DNA of 64,000 nucleotides from Escherichia coli (GTDB lineage Bacteria; Pseudomonadota; Gammaproteobacteria; Enterobacterales; Enterobacteriaceae): NCBI RefSeq assembly GCF_036507355.1, contig NZ_AP027877.1; one strand, 5' to 3'. Shown piece by piece: positions 23,133 to 38,198 of this stretch (position 1 is its first letter; each line of letters starts with the position of its first letter). The notes under the pieces were generated by a model. It saw only the letters and a program-made list of their open reading frames with translations, ran no database searches and was not told where the DNA came from. The position numbers and the translations under genes were made by a program.

Positions 23133-23302
23133 TGAAAGAACCTTTTTACATTATGAGCGTCAATATCAGTGTACCGTTAAATCCGATGATTCGGGTTTGC
23201 GTAACGCCGCGCGAAACATGAGCGGATACCACAGAATTTCCCATGACTTTCTGCTATCCTTGCCGCGCATTTGCATTATTAACCAGAGGCTTTACATCGT
23301 TT

Positions 23303-25726
23303 ATGTCCGGCTGGCCACGAATTTACTACAAATTACTGAATTTACCATTAAGCATCCTGGTAAAAAGCAAGTCTATTCCGGCAGATCCTGCCCCGGAACT
23401 GGGGCTGGATACCTCTCGTCCAATTATGTACGTTTTACCGTACAACTCGAAAGCAGACTTGCTGACGTTGCGCGCCCAGTGTCTGGCACATGACCTGCCT
23501 GACCCGTTAGAGCCGCTGGAAATCGACGGCACGCTACTGCCGCGCTATGTGTTCATTCACGGCGGGCCGCGTGTATTCACCTATTACACGCCGAAAGAAG
23601 AGTCTATTAAGCTGTTCCACGACTATCTCGATTTGCACCGTAGCAACCCAAATCTGGATGTGCAGATGGTGCCAGTATCGGTGATGTTTGGTCGCGCGCC
23701 AGGGCGTGAAAAAGGCGAAGTGAACCCGCCGCTGCGTATGCTTAACGGCGTACAGAAATTTTTCGCTGTACTGTGGCTCGGTCGCGACAGTTTTGTGCGT
23801 TTCTCGCCGTCAGTTTCGCTGCGCCGTATGGCGGATGAACACGGCACGGATAAAACTATCGCGCAGAAACTGGCGCGCGTGGCGCGTATGCACTTTGCCC
23901 GTCAACGTCTGGCTGCCGTGGGTCCACGTCTGCCTGCTCGTCAGGATCTGTTTAATAAGCTGCTCGCCTCCCGCGCCATTGCCAAAGCGGTAGAAGATGA
24001 AGCGCGCAGCAAAAAAATCTCCCATGAAAAAGCGCAGCAGAACGCGATTGCGCTGATGGAAGAGATTGCGGCGAATTTCTCTTACGAGATGATCCGCCTG
24101 ACTGACCGTATTCTGGGCTTTACCTGGAACCGCCTTTACCAGGGTATCAACGTCCATAACGCCGAGCGCGTTCGCCAGTTGGCCCACGACGGTCATGAGC
24201 TGGTATATGTGCCTTGCCACCGCAGTCACATGGACTACCTGCTGCTTTCTTATGTGCTGTACCACCAGGGGCTGGTGCCGCCGCATATCGCCGCCGGGAT
24301 CAACCTGAATTTCTGGCCTGCCGGGCCGATTTTCCGCCGTCTGGGGGCGTTCTTTATTCGCCGTACTTTTAAAGGCAATAAACTTTATTCCACCGTTTTC
24401 CGTGAGTATCTCGGCGAACTGTTCAGCCGTGGTTATTCCGTCGAGTACTTCGTAGAAGGCGGTCGTTCCCGTACGGGGCGTTTGCTGGATCCGAAAACCG
24501 GTACGCTGTCGATGACCATTCAGGCGATGCTGCGTGGCGGCACGCGTCCGATTACGCTGATTCCGATCTACATCGGTTATGAGCACGTCATGGAAGTGGG
24601 TACTTACGCCAAAGAACTGCGCGGCGCGACGAAAGAGAAAGAGAGCCTGCCGCAGATGCTGCGCGGTTTAAGCAAGCTGCGTAATCTCGGCCAGGGTTAC
24701 GTCAACTTCGGTGAACCAATGCCGTTGATGACCTACCTTAACCAGCATGTACCAGACTGGCGTGAATCTATCGATCCCATCGAAGCGGTGCGTCCGGCCT
24801 GGTTAACACCGACGGTCAATAATATTGCTGCCGATCTGATGGTACGCATTAACAACGCAGGCGCGGCAAACGCCATGAACCTGTGCTGTACTGCGCTACT
24901 GGCATCACGTCAGCGCTCACTCACCCGCGAGCAGTTAACCGAGCAACTCAACTGCTACCTGGATCTGATGCGCAACGTGCCTTACTCCACGGACTCTACC
25001 GTTCCTTCAGCCAGCGCCAGCGAGCTTATCGATCACGCGCTGCAAATGAACAAGTTTGAAGTTGAGCAAGACACTATCGGCGACATCATCATTCTGCCGC
25101 GCGAGCAAGCGGTGCTGATGACCTACTATCGCAACAACATTGCACATATGTTGGTGCTGCCTTCGCTGATGGCGGCAATTGTCACCCAGCATCGCCACAT
25201 CTCCCGCGACGTATTGATGGAGCACGTCAATGTGCTTTACCCAATGCTGAAAGCGGAGCTGTTCCTGCGCTGGGATCGCGACGAGTTGCCGGACGTTATT
25301 GATGCGCTGGCAAATGAGATGCAACGTCAGGGGCTGATTACCCTGCAAGATGATGAGTTGCATATCAACCCGACGCATTCTCGCACGCTACAGCTGCTGG
25401 CCGCAGGCGCGCGCGAAACGCTGCAACGTTATGCCATCACCTTCTGGCTGTTGAGCGCCAACCCGTCGATCAACCGCGGTACGCTGGAGAAAGAGAGCCG
25501 CACCGTCGCGCAACGTCTCTCCGTGCTGCACGGCATCAACGCGCCGGAATTCTTCGACAAGGCGGTGTTCAGTTCTCTGGTGCTGACGCTGCGTGATGAA
25601 GGGTATATCAGCGATAGCGGCGATGCCGAACCGGCAGAAACGATGAAGGTTTATCAGTTGCTGGCGGAGTTGATTACATCAGACGTGCGTTTGACGATTG
25701 AGAGTGCGACGCAGGGCGAAGGGTAA
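23303..25726 (+). CDS. plsB: glycerol-3-phosphate acyltransferase
   Basis: Internal ATG gives 807 aa ([13 protein letters not shown]...); HX4D acyltransferase motif ([12 protein letters not shown]). Confidence 0.97.
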   Translation: MSGWPRIYYKLLNLPLSILVKSKSIPADPAPELGLDTSRPIMYVLPYNSKADLLTLRAQCLAHDLPDPLEPLEIDGTLLPRYVFIHGGPRVFTYYTPKEESIKLFHDYLDLHRSNPNLDVQMVPVSVMFGRAPGREKGEVNPPLRMLNGVQKFFAVLWLGRDSFVRFSPSVSLRRMADEHGTDKTIAQKLARVARMHFARQRLAAVGPRLPARQDLFNKLLASRAIAKAVEDEARSKKISHEKAQQNAIALMEEIAANFSYEMIRLTDRILGFTWNRLYQGINVHNAERVRQLAHDGHELVYVPCHRSHMDYLLLSYVLYHQGLVPPHIAAGINLNFWPAGPIFRRLGAFFIRRTFKGNKLYSTVFREYLGELFSRGYSVEYFVEGGRSRTGRLLDPKTGTLSMTIQAMLRGGTRPITLIPIYIGYEHVMEVGTYAKELRGATKEKESLPQMLRGLSKLRNLGQGYVNFGEPMPLMTYLNQHVPDWRESIDPIEAVRPAWLTPTVNNIAADLMVRINNAGAANAMNLCCTALLASRQRSLTREQLTEQLNCYLDLMRNVPYSTDSTVPSASASELIDHALQMNKFEVEQDTIGDIIILPREQAVLMTYYRNNIAHMLVLPSLMAAIVTQHRHISRDVLMEHVNVLYPMLKAELFLRWDRDELPDVIDALANEMQRQGLITLQDDELHINPTHSRTLQLLAAGARETLQRYAITFWLLSANPSINRGTLEKESRTVAQRLSVLHGINAPEFFDKAVFSSLVLTLRDEGYISDSGDAEPAETMKVYQLLAELITSDVRLTIESATQGEG

Positions 25727-25739
25727 TCAGAGAGAATTG

Positions 25740-25845
25740 CCGGATGCGGTGCAAACGCCTTATCAGGCTTACCATAATCTGCAAATTCAATAAATTGCGA
25801 TCTGTTGTGTAGGCCTGAGAAGCGCAACGCATCAGGCAGCCCAGA
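25740..25845. repeat. REP / BIME palindromic units
   Basis: GCCGGATGCGGTGCAAACGCCTTATCAGGCTTACC... and GTAGGCCTGAGAAGCGCAACGCATCAGGCAGC REP-type palindromes. Confidence 0.6.
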
Positions 25846-25847
25846 AG

Positions 25848-25875
25848 AAAGCCGGATGATCATCCGGCTTTTTTA
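25848..25875. terminator. bidirectional terminator between plsB and ubiA
   Basis: GCCGGATGATCATCCGGC hairpin followed by TTTTTT. Confidence 0.65.
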
Positions 25876-25880
25876 CATCA

Positions 25881-26753
25881 TCAGAAATGCCAGTAACTCA
25901 TTGCCAGCCCTAAAAACAGTACCAGACCAACATAGTTATTATTCATAAATGCTTTAAAGCAGGCTTCGCGCTCGCGGTTGGCAATCAGTTTTTGTTGATA
26001 AACAAACAGCGCGCCAGCCACCAGAATTGACCAATAATATCCCCAGCCTAAGCCATTTAACTCACCGATAATCGCCATCAGCGCCAGTACGCCAATCTGC
26101 AAAATACCAATAATCAATTTATCGTATTGGCCGAACAGGATTGCGGTGGATTTAATGCCAATCTTCACATCATCATCACGGTCAACCATCGCATACTGCG
26201 TGTCGTAAGCCACCGCCCAGAGAATATTGGCGAGGAACATTAACCAGCAACTCAATGGCACCGACTCACTCACAGCAGCAAAAGCCATTGGAATCGACCA
26301 GCCAAACGCCGCGCCCAGCACCACTTGCGGTAGATGGGTATACCGCTTCATAAACGGGTACACCCACGCCAGCGCTAGCGCGGCAATCGACAACAGAATG
26401 GTCATCGTATTCAGCGTCAGCACCAGTAAAAACGAAATCAGTACCAGCACTACAAACAGCGCGCGCGCCTCTTTCTCTGTTACCGCGCCGCTGGGAAGTG
26501 GTCGGTTCGCCGTGCGCTTAACATGACCATCAAACTTGCGGTCAGCATAATCATTCACCACACATCCGGCAGCGCGCATCAGCCAGACACCCGCGACAAA
26601 CACCGCCAGGATCCAGAGCTGGGGAACGCCCGGTGTCGCCACCCACAACGCCCATAATGTTGGCCAGAGCAGCAGTAACGCGCCAATTGGCTTATCCGTA
26701 CGCATTAAGCGATGAAACGCCAGCAGCTTATTCTGCGTCAGACTCCACTCCAT
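25881..26753 (-). CDS. ubiA: 4-hydroxybenzoate octaprenyltransferase
   Basis: 290 aa; UbiA prenyltransferase Asp-rich motif ([12 protein letters not shown]). Confidence 0.97.
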
Positions 26754-26765
26754 ATTTTTTTCCTC

Positions 26766-27263
26766 TTAGTACAACGGTGACGCCGGTAAAAACAGTTCTG
26801 TTAGCAACAGCGGTTTACCGCTTAATCGCAGACGGGAACGTCGCCCCCACAGTCCGGCATCACGGCCTATCTCAATAAAGTCCCGGGTTAATGTCGATGA
26901 TGTGAACAGATAGCGTCCTAACGGCGTTTTACCCAATTTTTGTAACGCCAGCTCCGGTCCGCTTAACGTTGACACAGGAACGACGGTACGACCGGCAAGC
27001 CACGGTTCACCATCGGCACATAACAAAATTTCACGTAACCAGTAACGAGACTCTTTCGGCAGCAGTGGCAGTTCTTCGGGGATTTCATTCTGCTCGACAA
27101 ACCCTTCGCGGATCATCGTCACGCTCACCGTTTTTCCCTGCTGTTCAAAACGTTTTGTCATGGAATCTTCCAGCAACAGCCAGTCGAGCAGTTGCGGCTC
27201 CAGGGCAGGGATCTCTTTACAATAGCGCAGCGCACGCAGTTGCGTTAACGCGGGGTGTGACAT
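26766..27263 (-). CDS. ubiC: chorismate pyruvate-lyase
   Basis: Internal ATG gives 165 aa ([29 protein letters not shown]...); 12 bp upstream of ubiA. Confidence 0.95.
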   Translation of the reverse strand: MSHPALTQLRALRYCKEIPALEPQLLDWLLLEDSMTKRFEQQGKTVSVTMIREGFVEQNEIPEELPLLPKESRYWLREILLCADGEPWLAGRTVVPVSTLSGPELALQKLGKTPLGRYLFTSSTLTRDFIEIGRDAGLWGRRSRLRLSGKPLLLTELFLPASPLY

Positions 27264-27485
27264 GCCGAACTCTCCGTTACATAACGTAAAGGCATTGTAT
27301 CGCAGAAAAGTGTTTACGGGAGATGTAAAGCAAATTAAGTGATCTAATGCGCAACAAAAACGCAACAATCGCATGAAGTGGTAAAACGCTGTTGAACCTT
27401 ACGCTTTGCCGATGCCCGTGCTGGCGAGGGCAACCATAGGGGCATCACCGCCCAGGATGCCAGGAACGGTGATGTTTTCCTTTAC

Positions 27486-28019
27486 TTAAATACCTTTATT
27501 CTTTATACGATTAGCTCGCCAACTCGCAGTAAAAATGGGGAAAAGTGCATGTTTATCCTGAGATTTGGAGCCGAAAAGTGTTTCCGGAGTAAGATTAACA
27601 GGCAATATCTCATGTCTGGATTTGTAGATATACGTGGAATTCCAATTGGTATCTTTTGTAGGATTCAACATATCATGTAAGCGCTGGGAGCTTACCACCA
27701 TAACTGGCCCATCATCGACAGAGGAGAACAAGATAAAGATATTATCGTTTCGTGTTAATTCATTCGTGTTAAAGGTTCTTAAATTATCTTCAATTTCTAT
27801 AAATAAAGGTGAAACATCATCACTACGAATCCACTCTTTATAAAGATGCCAGGCATTTTCTTTGATCGTATCATTCGTTGATCGTAGAGCCTGATCGATA
27901 AGTTGGATAAAAAAATTGTTATTTCGATCAATCAGCCATTTATTCATATTAAATCTGTTAATAAAATCGATCATCTGTTGGGTATCGAAATTCACCTTAC
28001 TGAATCGATTTTGACGCAT
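27486..28019 (-). pseudogene. yjbI: C-terminal fragment (176 aa) of IS1-disrupted yjbI
   Basis: Frame continues exactly from the upstream fragment once IS1 and one copy of the 8-bp target duplication are removed. Confidence 0.7.
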
Positions 28020-28079
28020 AAAATGGTGATGCTGCCAACTTACTGATTTAGTGTATGATGGTGTTTTTGAGGTGCTCCA

Positions 28080-28355
28080 GTGGCTTCTGTTTCTATCAGC
28101 TGTCCCTCCTGTTCAGCTACTGACGGGGTGGTGCGTAACGGCAAAAGCACCGCCGGACATCAGCGCTATCTCTGCTCTCACTGCCGTAAAACATGGCAAC
28201 TGCAGTTCACTTACACCGCTTCTCAACCCGGTACGCACCAGAAAATCATTGATATGGCCATGAATGGCGTTGGATGCCGGGCAACAGCCCGCATTATGGG
28301 CGTTGGCCTCAACACGATTTTACGTCACTTAAAAAACTCAGGCCGCAGTCGGTAA
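28080..28355 (+). CDS. insA: IS1 InsA
   Basis: 91 aa; [40 protein letters not shown] zinc-finger/HTH protein; GTG start. Confidence 0.95.
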
Positions 28356-28777
28356 CCTCGCGCATACAGCCGGGCAGTGACGTCATCGTCTGCGCGGAAA
28401 TGGACGAACAGTGGGGCTATGTCGGGGCTAAATCGCGCCAGCGCTGGCTGTTTTACGCGTATGACAGGCTCCGGAAGACGGTTGTTGCGCACGTATTCGG
28501 TGAACGCACGATGGCGACGCTGGGGCGTCTTATGAGCCTGCTGTCACCCTTTGACGTGGTGATATGGATGACGGATGGCTGGCCGCTGTATGAATCCCGC
28601 CTGAAGGGAAAGCTGCACGTAATCAGCAAGCGATATACGCAGCGAATTGAGCGGCATAACCTGAATCTGAGGCAGCACCTGGCACGGCTGGGACGGAAGT
28701 CGCTGTCGTTCTCAAAATCGGTGGAGCTGCATGACAAAGTCATCGGGCATTATCTGAACATAAAACACTATCAATAA
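28274..28777 (+). CDS. insB: IS1 InsB (transposase C-terminal frame, expressed as InsAB' by -1 frameshift)
   Basis: 167-aa frame overlapping insA, typical IS1 InsB sequence. Confidence 0.93.
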
Positions 28778-28792
28778 GTTGGAGTCATTACC

Positions 28793-29842
28793 CATAAAAT
28801 TATCGAACTTGTTATCTTCATCAGGATGGATATAACTACGTATAATGGGATCTTTTATATAAGGACCATGGCTAAATATTTTCTTCATATTCTCAATAAA
28901 GTTTTTATTAACAATATTAAGAATTTTTAATTGCATCACCAGTTTTACTGCCAGAACGGATTTCAATATCGCTGGATCATCTGGCAACGAATCAATCATT
29001 TTTATAATGTTATTGATATAACCATCGAGATATTCATTTCCAAATATATCTGAGTAATCAATAGATAATACCATTAGTTGTGTAACGCTGTCTTTAAAAT
29101 TCCCTGTCGATATTCGCACATGATCAAACATAACAGCTGTTAAATTCGATTTAATAAATGATATTTCTTTGTCAGTAAGAAATTCTGCTCTTGTGAAGTG
29201 CGAAGCATAAAGATAACAATGATCGAAGTTTGAATTTCTAATCTGACATTCACAAAAATTACTATGAGTAAGTTGACTCTGCGAGAAGTCAACTGTATCA
29301 AGAATATTTTTGCTAAAATCGACATAATCACCACTCGCTTTGATAAAAATTACATTGTGTAAACGTCGACATTTAAATATGACATTATCAACTATTGCAG
29401 TAGTAAAATTGCAATCCCCAATTTCTTTACATTCGAATGTTACATGTTGTAGATTTGATGATAAAAAAGATACCTTTGAAAGAACATCACCTTTAAAATG
29501 ACAACTTGTTAAATCCAAATCAGACAGGTCGATATACCCCTGCGCATCTTTAGCCATCATAAAATCACAAGCACATTCTATTTCTTCATTTCTATAAAAT
29601 TTTACGCTTACAATATCACCACTGATTGAGACTTCACGAAACATATTTATTGAATGATTTTTTTCGTTCCGTTGTTTTATATTTAAAAAAATATTGCTGA
29701 TATAAATAAAGTTTTCTCGATTTAACCCTGGCACCCCATTAAAATTACGTAGTAAATCAAGGTCTACTATATTATTTCCTTGCACCACATCATATTTCGT
29801 CAAAAAGTTATTGCCGCCAGAATTTGGGATATGACTTATCAT
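28793..29842 (-). pseudogene. yjbI: N-terminal fragment (350 codons) of IS1-disrupted pentapeptide-repeat protein gene yjbI
   Basis: AT-rich ORF with pentapeptide-like repeats; reading frame runs into IS1 and ends after 26 IS-encoded codons. Confidence 0.7.
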
Positions 29843-30011
29843 AAAACCTCTGCATTACAGAAATGAAATAACTGGAAAAAGTAGCCTGAGCGTCCAGACA
29901 CTACCGGCGAAAGGAAAAGAATCTCTGATAATGCATTGAGATAATGGATATTCTTAGTGAAGAAGAAGTGAAGTACTATAAAAAATCGCTCATATCCCTG
30001 GAATGAAGCGT

Positions 30012-30038
30012 AAAAAAAGGTGCGCCAGGAGACGCACC
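30012..30038 (-). terminator. rho-independent terminator of the malK-lamB-malM operon
   Basis: Minus-strand GGTGCGTCTCCTGGCGCACC hairpin followed by TTTTTTT, ~35 bp after the malM stop. Confidence 0.7.
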
Positions 30039-30070
30039 AGTTGTTGCAAAATCAGCACTGTGGGGCGTAA

Positions 30071-30991
30071 TTACCCCTTGCCTTTTACACTGCTGATAAA
30101 GGTGGAACGGGCAGATGTCGATCCCAGGCGTTCAGCTTCATCAAGCAGTTTTAACGCCTTATCAACATCACCTTTCGCGACAGCGTTTTTGATCGCGGTA
30201 TTAAAATAACTTTCCGTGTCGTTGAGCATCGGCTCGCTTTTCTTCACCGGCACCGGAGCGGGTGCAGCCACAGCTGGTGCCGCCGTGTTGCCTACCGTAA
30301 CCGGAGCTGGAGCGGAAGAACCAAATAGTGGTCCTACCAACACGCTGGAGCTGGAGTTCGTTTTGACTTTCAGTTTCAGTAAGCCATCGCTGGTATGACG
30401 AGCAACCGGATCGGGAATATCCGGGATCGAGTTACCGACGCCTTTGGCATAGGCTTTAGCCGGGTCGAGCAGTTGGGTCGTCTGCTGGAGATCTTTTTCC
30501 GTGGTAAAGACCAGAACATAAAGTTTTTGCTGCCCCAACGCCGGTGTCAGGCGCATAACGCCTTCCAGACGATCTGCACTCATCACGCCTGGTTCCTGGT
30601 AGGTGAAATAACTGCTGGGGAAGAAGGCTGATGGGGTCATGTTCTGATCAAGAATCAGCACGTTCGGCGCAAAAACGCTGGTTTGTTTGTTCACTTCGCT
30701 GGTCAGCGTCAGGGTCAGTTCGCCAATGTTTGCCGGGACGCTGTACGCAGCAACCGGACCACTGATGCCGGGAACGTTCAGTTGTTGGCCGCCAGTCGCC
30801 AGTTGGGTGGTCTGGGTTTTAGATTGATCGACCGGTGTCCAGGTGAGTTGTTGCAGCGCGGCAGATGGAATGGCTGGCGCGTCGCTGGTGTTTTGCGGTA
30901 CGTAGTTAACATCGGCAAGGCTGATTCCAGGCGCGCTTGCCAGCAACCCTGCTGATAAACAGAGGGCGATGAGACTTTTATTCATTTTCAT
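30071..30991 (-). CDS. malM: maltose operon periplasmic protein MalM
   Basis: ATG at 30991 gives 306 aa (MKMNKSLIALCLSAGLLASAPGISLA signal peptide); track ORF starts at an upstream GTG. Confidence 0.93.
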   Translation of the reverse strand: MKMNKSLIALCLSAGLLASAPGISLADVNYVPQNTSDAPAIPSAALQQLTWTPVDQSKTQTTQLATGGQQLNVPGISGPVAAYSVPANIGELTLTLTSEVNKQTSVFAPNVLILDQNMTPSAFFPSSYFTYQEPGVMSADRLEGVMRLTPALGQQKLYVLVFTTEKDLQQTTQLLDPAKAYAKGVGNSIPDIPDPVARHTSDGLLKLKVKTNSSSSVLVGPLFGSSAPAPVTVGNTAAPAVAAPAPVPVKKSEPMLNDTESYFNTAIKNAVAKGDVDKALKLLDEAERLGSTSARSTFISSVKGKG

Positions 30992-31084
30992 TGTTTTCAC
31001 CTCAAAATCTGGAGCTCAGCGGTAGCCAGGCAATAGCGCGCTAAACCCGATAATCAGAGGGGCTTTCGCCCCTTTCAGATAATG

Positions 31085-31135
31085 ACAACCTGTTTTATGC
31101 CGGATGCGGCGCAAGCACCTTATCCGGCCCAGGTT
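31085..31135. repeat. REP element between lamB and malM
   Basis: GCCGGATGCGGCGCAAGCACCTTATCCGGCC. Confidence 0.6.
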
Positions 31136-31141
31136 TTGCTA

Positions 31142-32512
<1,371 letters not shown>

Positions 32513-32553
32513 TCACATCACCTGTGACAGGCTTTGTGTGTTTTGTGGGGTGC

Positions 32554-33669
32554 TTAAACGCCCGGCTCCTTATGCAGTCGACGACATGCAGTGCCATCCT
32601 CACGGAACAGATGGCAACGCTCTGGCGGCAGGCCGATAGCGAATGTGGCACCTTCTTCTACCAACACCACGTCGTTCTGGCGGTACACCAGGTTTTGACG
32701 AATGGAAGGGATCTGGATATGGATTTGGGTTTCGTTGCCGAGTTGCTCGACGACCTGAACTTCACCCTCAAGGATGACGTCAGCGATATCACTCGGCAGT
32801 AGATGTTCCGGGCGAATACCCAGCGACATATTGGCTCCAACCTGGACATCACGGCTTTCAACAGGCAGCCAGACTTGCTGACGATTTGGCATCGGCAGCT
32901 CCACCTGCACTTGATCGATTGCAGTGGCGGTCACTTTTACCGGCAGGAAGTTCATCTTTGGCGAACCGATAAATCCGGCGACAAAACGGTCTGCCGGATA
33001 GTGGTACAGTTCCAGCGGTTTCCCAACCTGCGCCACGCGACCGGCGTCCAGTACCACGATTTTGTCGGCCAGCGTCATCGCTTCGACCTGATCGTGGGTG
33101 ACGTAAATCATTGTGCGGCCCAGGCGTTTATGCAGGCGGGAGATTTCGATACGCATTTGCACACGCAGTGCAGCATCGAGGTTGGAGAGCGGTTCATCGA
33201 GCAAAAATACGCTTGGCTCGGCCACCAGCGTACGGCCAATCGCCACACGCTGACGCTGACCACCGGAGAGCGCTTTCGGTTTGCGATCCAGCAAATGCGC
33301 CAGTTGCAGCACTTCCGCCACCTGGTTGACGCGTTGGTTAATCACCTCTTTTTTTGCGCCTGCCAGTTTCAGGCCAAATGACATGTTTTCTGCTACTGAC
33401 AGGTGGGGATAGAGCGCATAGGACTGAAACACCATACCAACGCCGCGTTCTGCTGGCGGAGTGTCATTCATCCGTTTCTCACCGATGAACAGGTCGCCGC
33501 TGGTGATCGTCTCAAGCCCGGCAATCATGCGCAGTAAAGTCGATTTACCGCAGCCAGACGGTCCGACAAACACCACAAATTCACCTTCATGGATATCGAG
33601 ATTGATATCTTTCGATACCACGACCTCACCCCAGGCTTTCGTTACATTTTGCAGCTGTACGCTCGCCAT
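32554..33669 (-). CDS. malK: maltose ABC transporter ATP-binding subunit
   Basis: Internal ATG gives 371 aa ([14 protein letters not shown]...); Walker [10 protein letters not shown]; ABC signature LSGGQRQR. Confidence 0.97.
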   Translation of the reverse strand: MASVQLQNVTKAWGEVVVSKDINLDIHEGEFVVFVGPSGCGKSTLLRMIAGLETITSGDLFIGEKRMNDTPPAERGVGMVFQSYALYPHLSVAENMSFGLKLAGAKKEVINQRVNQVAEVLQLAHLLDRKPKALSGGQRQRVAIGRTLVAEPSVFLLDEPLSNLDAALRVQMRIEISRLHKRLGRTMIYVTHDQVEAMTLADKIVVLDAGRVAQVGKPLELYHYPADRFVAGFIGSPKMNFLPVKVTATAIDQVQVELPMPNRQQVWLPVESRDVQVGANMSLGIRPEHLLPSDIADVILEGEVQVVEQLGNETQIHIQIPSIRQNLVYRQNDVVLVEEGATFAIGLPPERCHLFREDGTACRRLHKEPGV

Positions 33670-35224
<1,555 letters not shown>

Positions 35225-35229
35225 TGCAG

Positions 35230-35360
35230 TGAAATGCCGGATGCGGCGTGAACGCCTTGTCCGGCCTACAAAACTGAAACGCATGTAGGCCTGATAAGAC
35301 GCATCAGTGTCGCATCAGACAGTTGTTGTCGGATAAGGCGTGAAAGCCTTATCCGTCCTG
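35230..35360. repeat. REP / BIME cluster between malE and malF
   Basis: TGCCGGATGCGGCGTGAACGCCTTGTCCGGCCTACA and GTAGGCCTGATAAGACGCATCAG... palindromic units. Confidence 0.65.
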
Positions 35361-35377
35361 GAATGAGGAAGAACCCC

Positions 35378-36922
35378 ATGGATGTCATTAAAAAGAAACA
35401 TTGGTGGCAAAGCGACGCGCTGAAATGGTCAGTGTTAGGTCTGCTCGGCCTGCTGGTGGGTTACCTTGTTGTTTTAATGTACGCACAAGGGGAATACCTG
35501 TTCGCCATTACCACGCTGATATTGAGTTCAGCGGGGCTGTATATTTTCGCCAATCGTAAAGCCTACGCCTGGCGCTATGTTTACCCGGGAATGGCTGGAA
35601 TGGGATTATTCGTCCTCTTCCCTCTGGTCTGCACCATCGCCATTGCCTTCACCAACTACAGCAGCACTAACCAGCTGACTTTTGAACGTGCACAGGAAGT
35701 GTTGTTAGATCGCTCCTGGCAAGCAGGCAAAACCTATAACTTTGGTCTTTACCCGGCGGGCGATGAGTGGCAATTAGCCCTCAGCGACGGCGAAACCGGC
35801 AAAAATTACCTCTCCGACGCTTTTAAATTTGGCGGCGAGCAAAAACTGCAACTGAAAGAAACGACCACCCAGCCCGAAGGCGAACGCGCGAATCTGCGCG
35901 TGATTACCCAGAATCGTCAGGCGCTGAGTGACATTACCGCCATTCTGCCGGATGGCAACAAAGTGATGATGAGCTCCCTGCGCCAGTTTTCTGGCACGCA
36001 GCCGCTCTACACACTCGACGGTGACGGCACGTTGACGAATAATCAGAGCGGCGTGAAATATCGTCCGAATAACCAAATTGGCTTTTACCAGTCCATTACC
36101 GCCGACGGCAACTGGGGCGATGAAAAGCTAAGCCCCGGTTACACCGTGACTACTGGCTGGAAAAACTTTACCCGCGTCTTCACCGACGAAGGCATTCAGA
36201 AACCGTTCCTCGCCATTTTCGTCTGGACCGTGGTGTTCTCGCTGATCACTGTCTTTTTAACGGTGGCGGTCGGCATGGTTCTGGCGTGTTTGGTGCAGTG
36301 GGAAGCGTTGCGCGGCAAAGCGGTCTATCGCGTCCTGCTGATTCTGCCCTACGCGGTGCCATCGTTCATTTCAATCTTGATTTTCAAAGGGTTGTTTAAC
36401 CAGAGCTTCGGTGAGATCAACATGATGTTGAGCGCGCTGTTTGGCGTGAAGCCCGCCTGGTTCAGCGATCCGACCACCGCCCGAACGATGCTGATTATCG
36501 TCAATACCTGGCTGGGTTATCCGTACATGATGATCCTCTGCATGGGCTTGCTGAAAGCGATTCCGGACGATTTGTATGAAGCCTCAGCAATGGATGGCGC
36601 AGGTCCCTTCCAGAACTTCTTTAAGATTACGCTGCCGCTGCTGATTAAACCGCTGACGCCGCTGATGATCGCCAGCTTCGCCTTTAACTTTAACAACTTC
36701 GTGCTGATTCAACTGTTAACCAACGGCGGCCCGGATCGTCTTGGCACGACCACGCCAGCCGGTTATACCGACCTGCTTGTTAACTACACCTACCGCATCG
36801 CTTTTGAAGGCGGCGGGGGTCAGGACTTCGGTCTGGCGGCAGCAATTGCCACGCTGATCTTCCTGCTGGTGGGTGCGCTGGCGATAGTGAACCTGAAAGC
36901 CACGCGAATGAAGTTTGATTAA
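35378..36922 (+). CDS. malF: maltose ABC transporter permease
   Basis: ATG at 35378 gives 514 aa ([17 protein letters not shown]...); EAA permease loop. Confidence 0.97.
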   Translation: MDVIKKKHWWQSDALKWSVLGLLGLLVGYLVVLMYAQGEYLFAITTLILSSAGLYIFANRKAYAWRYVYPGMAGMGLFVLFPLVCTIAIAFTNYSSTNQLTFERAQEVLLDRSWQAGKTYNFGLYPAGDEWQLALSDGETGKNYLSDAFKFGGEQKLQLKETTTQPEGERANLRVITQNRQALSDITAILPDGNKVMMSSLRQFSGTQPLYTLDGDGTLTNNQSGVKYRPNNQIGFYQSITADGNWGDEKLSPGYTVTTGWKNFTRVFTDEGIQKPFLAIFVWTVVFSLITVFLTVAVGMVLACLVQWEALRGKAVYRVLLILPYAVPSFISILIFKGLFNQSFGEINMMLSALFGVKPAWFSDPTTARTMLIIVNTWLGYPYMMILCMGLLKAIPDDLYEASAMDGAGPFQNFFKITLPLLIKPLTPLMIASFAFNFNNFVLIQLLTNGGPDRLGTTTPAGYTDLLVNYTYRIAFEGGGGQDFGLAAAIATLIFLLVGALAIVNLKATRMKFD

Positions 36923-36936
36923 GGGAGATAACAAAA

Positions 36937-37827
36937 ATGGCAATGGTCCAACCGAAATCGCAAAAAGCACGTTTGTTTATTACTCACCTGCTACTGCTAC
37001 TTTTTATCGCGGCGATTATGTTCCCGCTGCTGATGGTCGTCGCTATCTCGCTGCGTCAGGGAAACTTCGCGACCGGTAGCCTGATCCCGGAGCAAATCTC
37101 CTGGGATCACTGGAAACTGGCGTTAGGTTTTAGCGTTGAACAGGCTGATGGTCGCATTACGCCACCGCCATTCCCGGTACTGCTGTGGCTGTGGAACTCG
37201 GTAAAGGTCGCCGGGATTTCCGCGATTGGCATTGTGGCGCTCTCCACCACCTGCGCCTACGCTTTCGCCCGTATGCGCTTTCCAGGCAAAGCGACGCTGC
37301 TGAAAGGAATGCTGATTTTCCAGATGTTCCCGGCAGTACTTTCACTGGTCGCGTTGTATGCGTTGTTTGATCGTCTGGGTGAGTACATTCCATTCATTGG
37401 CCTGAATACTCACGGCGGCGTAATTTTCGCGTATCTGGGTGGGATTGCGCTGCACGTCTGGACCATCAAAGGCTATTTCGAAACCATCGACAGTTCGCTG
37501 GAAGAAGCGGCGGCGCTGGATGGTGCGACACCGTGGCAGGCCTTCTGCCTTGTCCTGTTGCCGCTGTCAGTACCGATTCTGGCGGTGGTGTTCATCCTGT
37601 CGTTTATCGCTGCCATTACTGAAGTTCCGGTCGCGTCGCTGTTACTGCGTGACGTAAACAGCTACACCCTGGCCGTGGGGATGCAGCAATACCTCAACCC
37701 GCAAAACTACCTGTGGGGTGACTTTGCCGCCGCTGCCGTGATGTCTGCATTACCGATCACCATCGTCTTCTTGCTGGCTCAACGCTGGCTGGTCAACGGC
37801 CTGACGGCAGGTGGTGTGAAAGGTTAA
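36937..37827 (+). CDS. malG: maltose ABC transporter permease
   Basis: 296 aa; EAAALDGA permease signature. Confidence 0.97.
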   Translation: MAMVQPKSQKARLFITHLLLLLFIAAIMFPLLMVVAISLRQGNFATGSLIPEQISWDHWKLALGFSVEQADGRITPPPFPVLLWLWNSVKVAGISAIGIVALSTTCAYAFARMRFPGKATLLKGMLIFQMFPAVLSLVALYALFDRLGEYIPFIGLNTHGGVIFAYLGGIALHVWTIKGYFETIDSSLEEAAALDGATPWQAFCLVLLPLSVPILAVVFILSFIAAITEVPVASLLLRDVNSYTLAVGMQQYLNPQNYLWGDFAAAAVMSALPITIVFLLAQRWLVNGLTAGGVKG

Positions 37828-37897
37828 AGATGTTGTTCTGCCAATGTTATGCCGCTGCACCCTCAACTTACGTTATCCCAACTTGTGACTGTTATTC

Positions 37898-37924
37898 GGC
37901 GCTCCACGGAGCGCCTTTTTTTCT
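37898..37924 (+). terminator. rho-independent terminator of malEFG
   Basis: GGCGCTCC-ACG-GAGCGCC hairpin followed by TTTTTTTCTTT. Confidence 0.7.
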
Positions 37925-38198
37925 TTCGTCTGCAATCTGAATCGTTCGCCGGTTAATATTTCCATCATAGAGCTTATTATTTTTACGTTATTTGTTTTCC
38001 CACTTACGATAATTCTCTTTCGTGCTCTGAGTCACGGCAATAGTATTGTTTTTATCAATTTTGGATAATTATCACAATTAAGATCACAGAAAAGACATTA
38101 CGTAAACGCATTGTAAAAAATGATAATTGCCTTAACTGCCTGACAATTCCAACATCAATGCACTGATAAAAGATCAGAATGGTCTAAGGCAGGTCCGA

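Larger units (their letters stand above)
28025..28792 (+). mobile_element. insertion sequence IS1, complete 768 bp
   Basis: Terminal inverted repeats GGTGATGCTGCCAACTTACTGA... / ...GGAGTCATTACC; insA and insB with the A6C frameshift site TTAAAAAACTC; flanked by direct repeat CATAAAAT at 28017-28024 and 28793-28800. Confidence 0.95.

Noticed and set aside
23810-24586. 258-aa ORF antisense to plsB
   Set aside because: Antisense artefact inside a conserved gene; no independent evidence.
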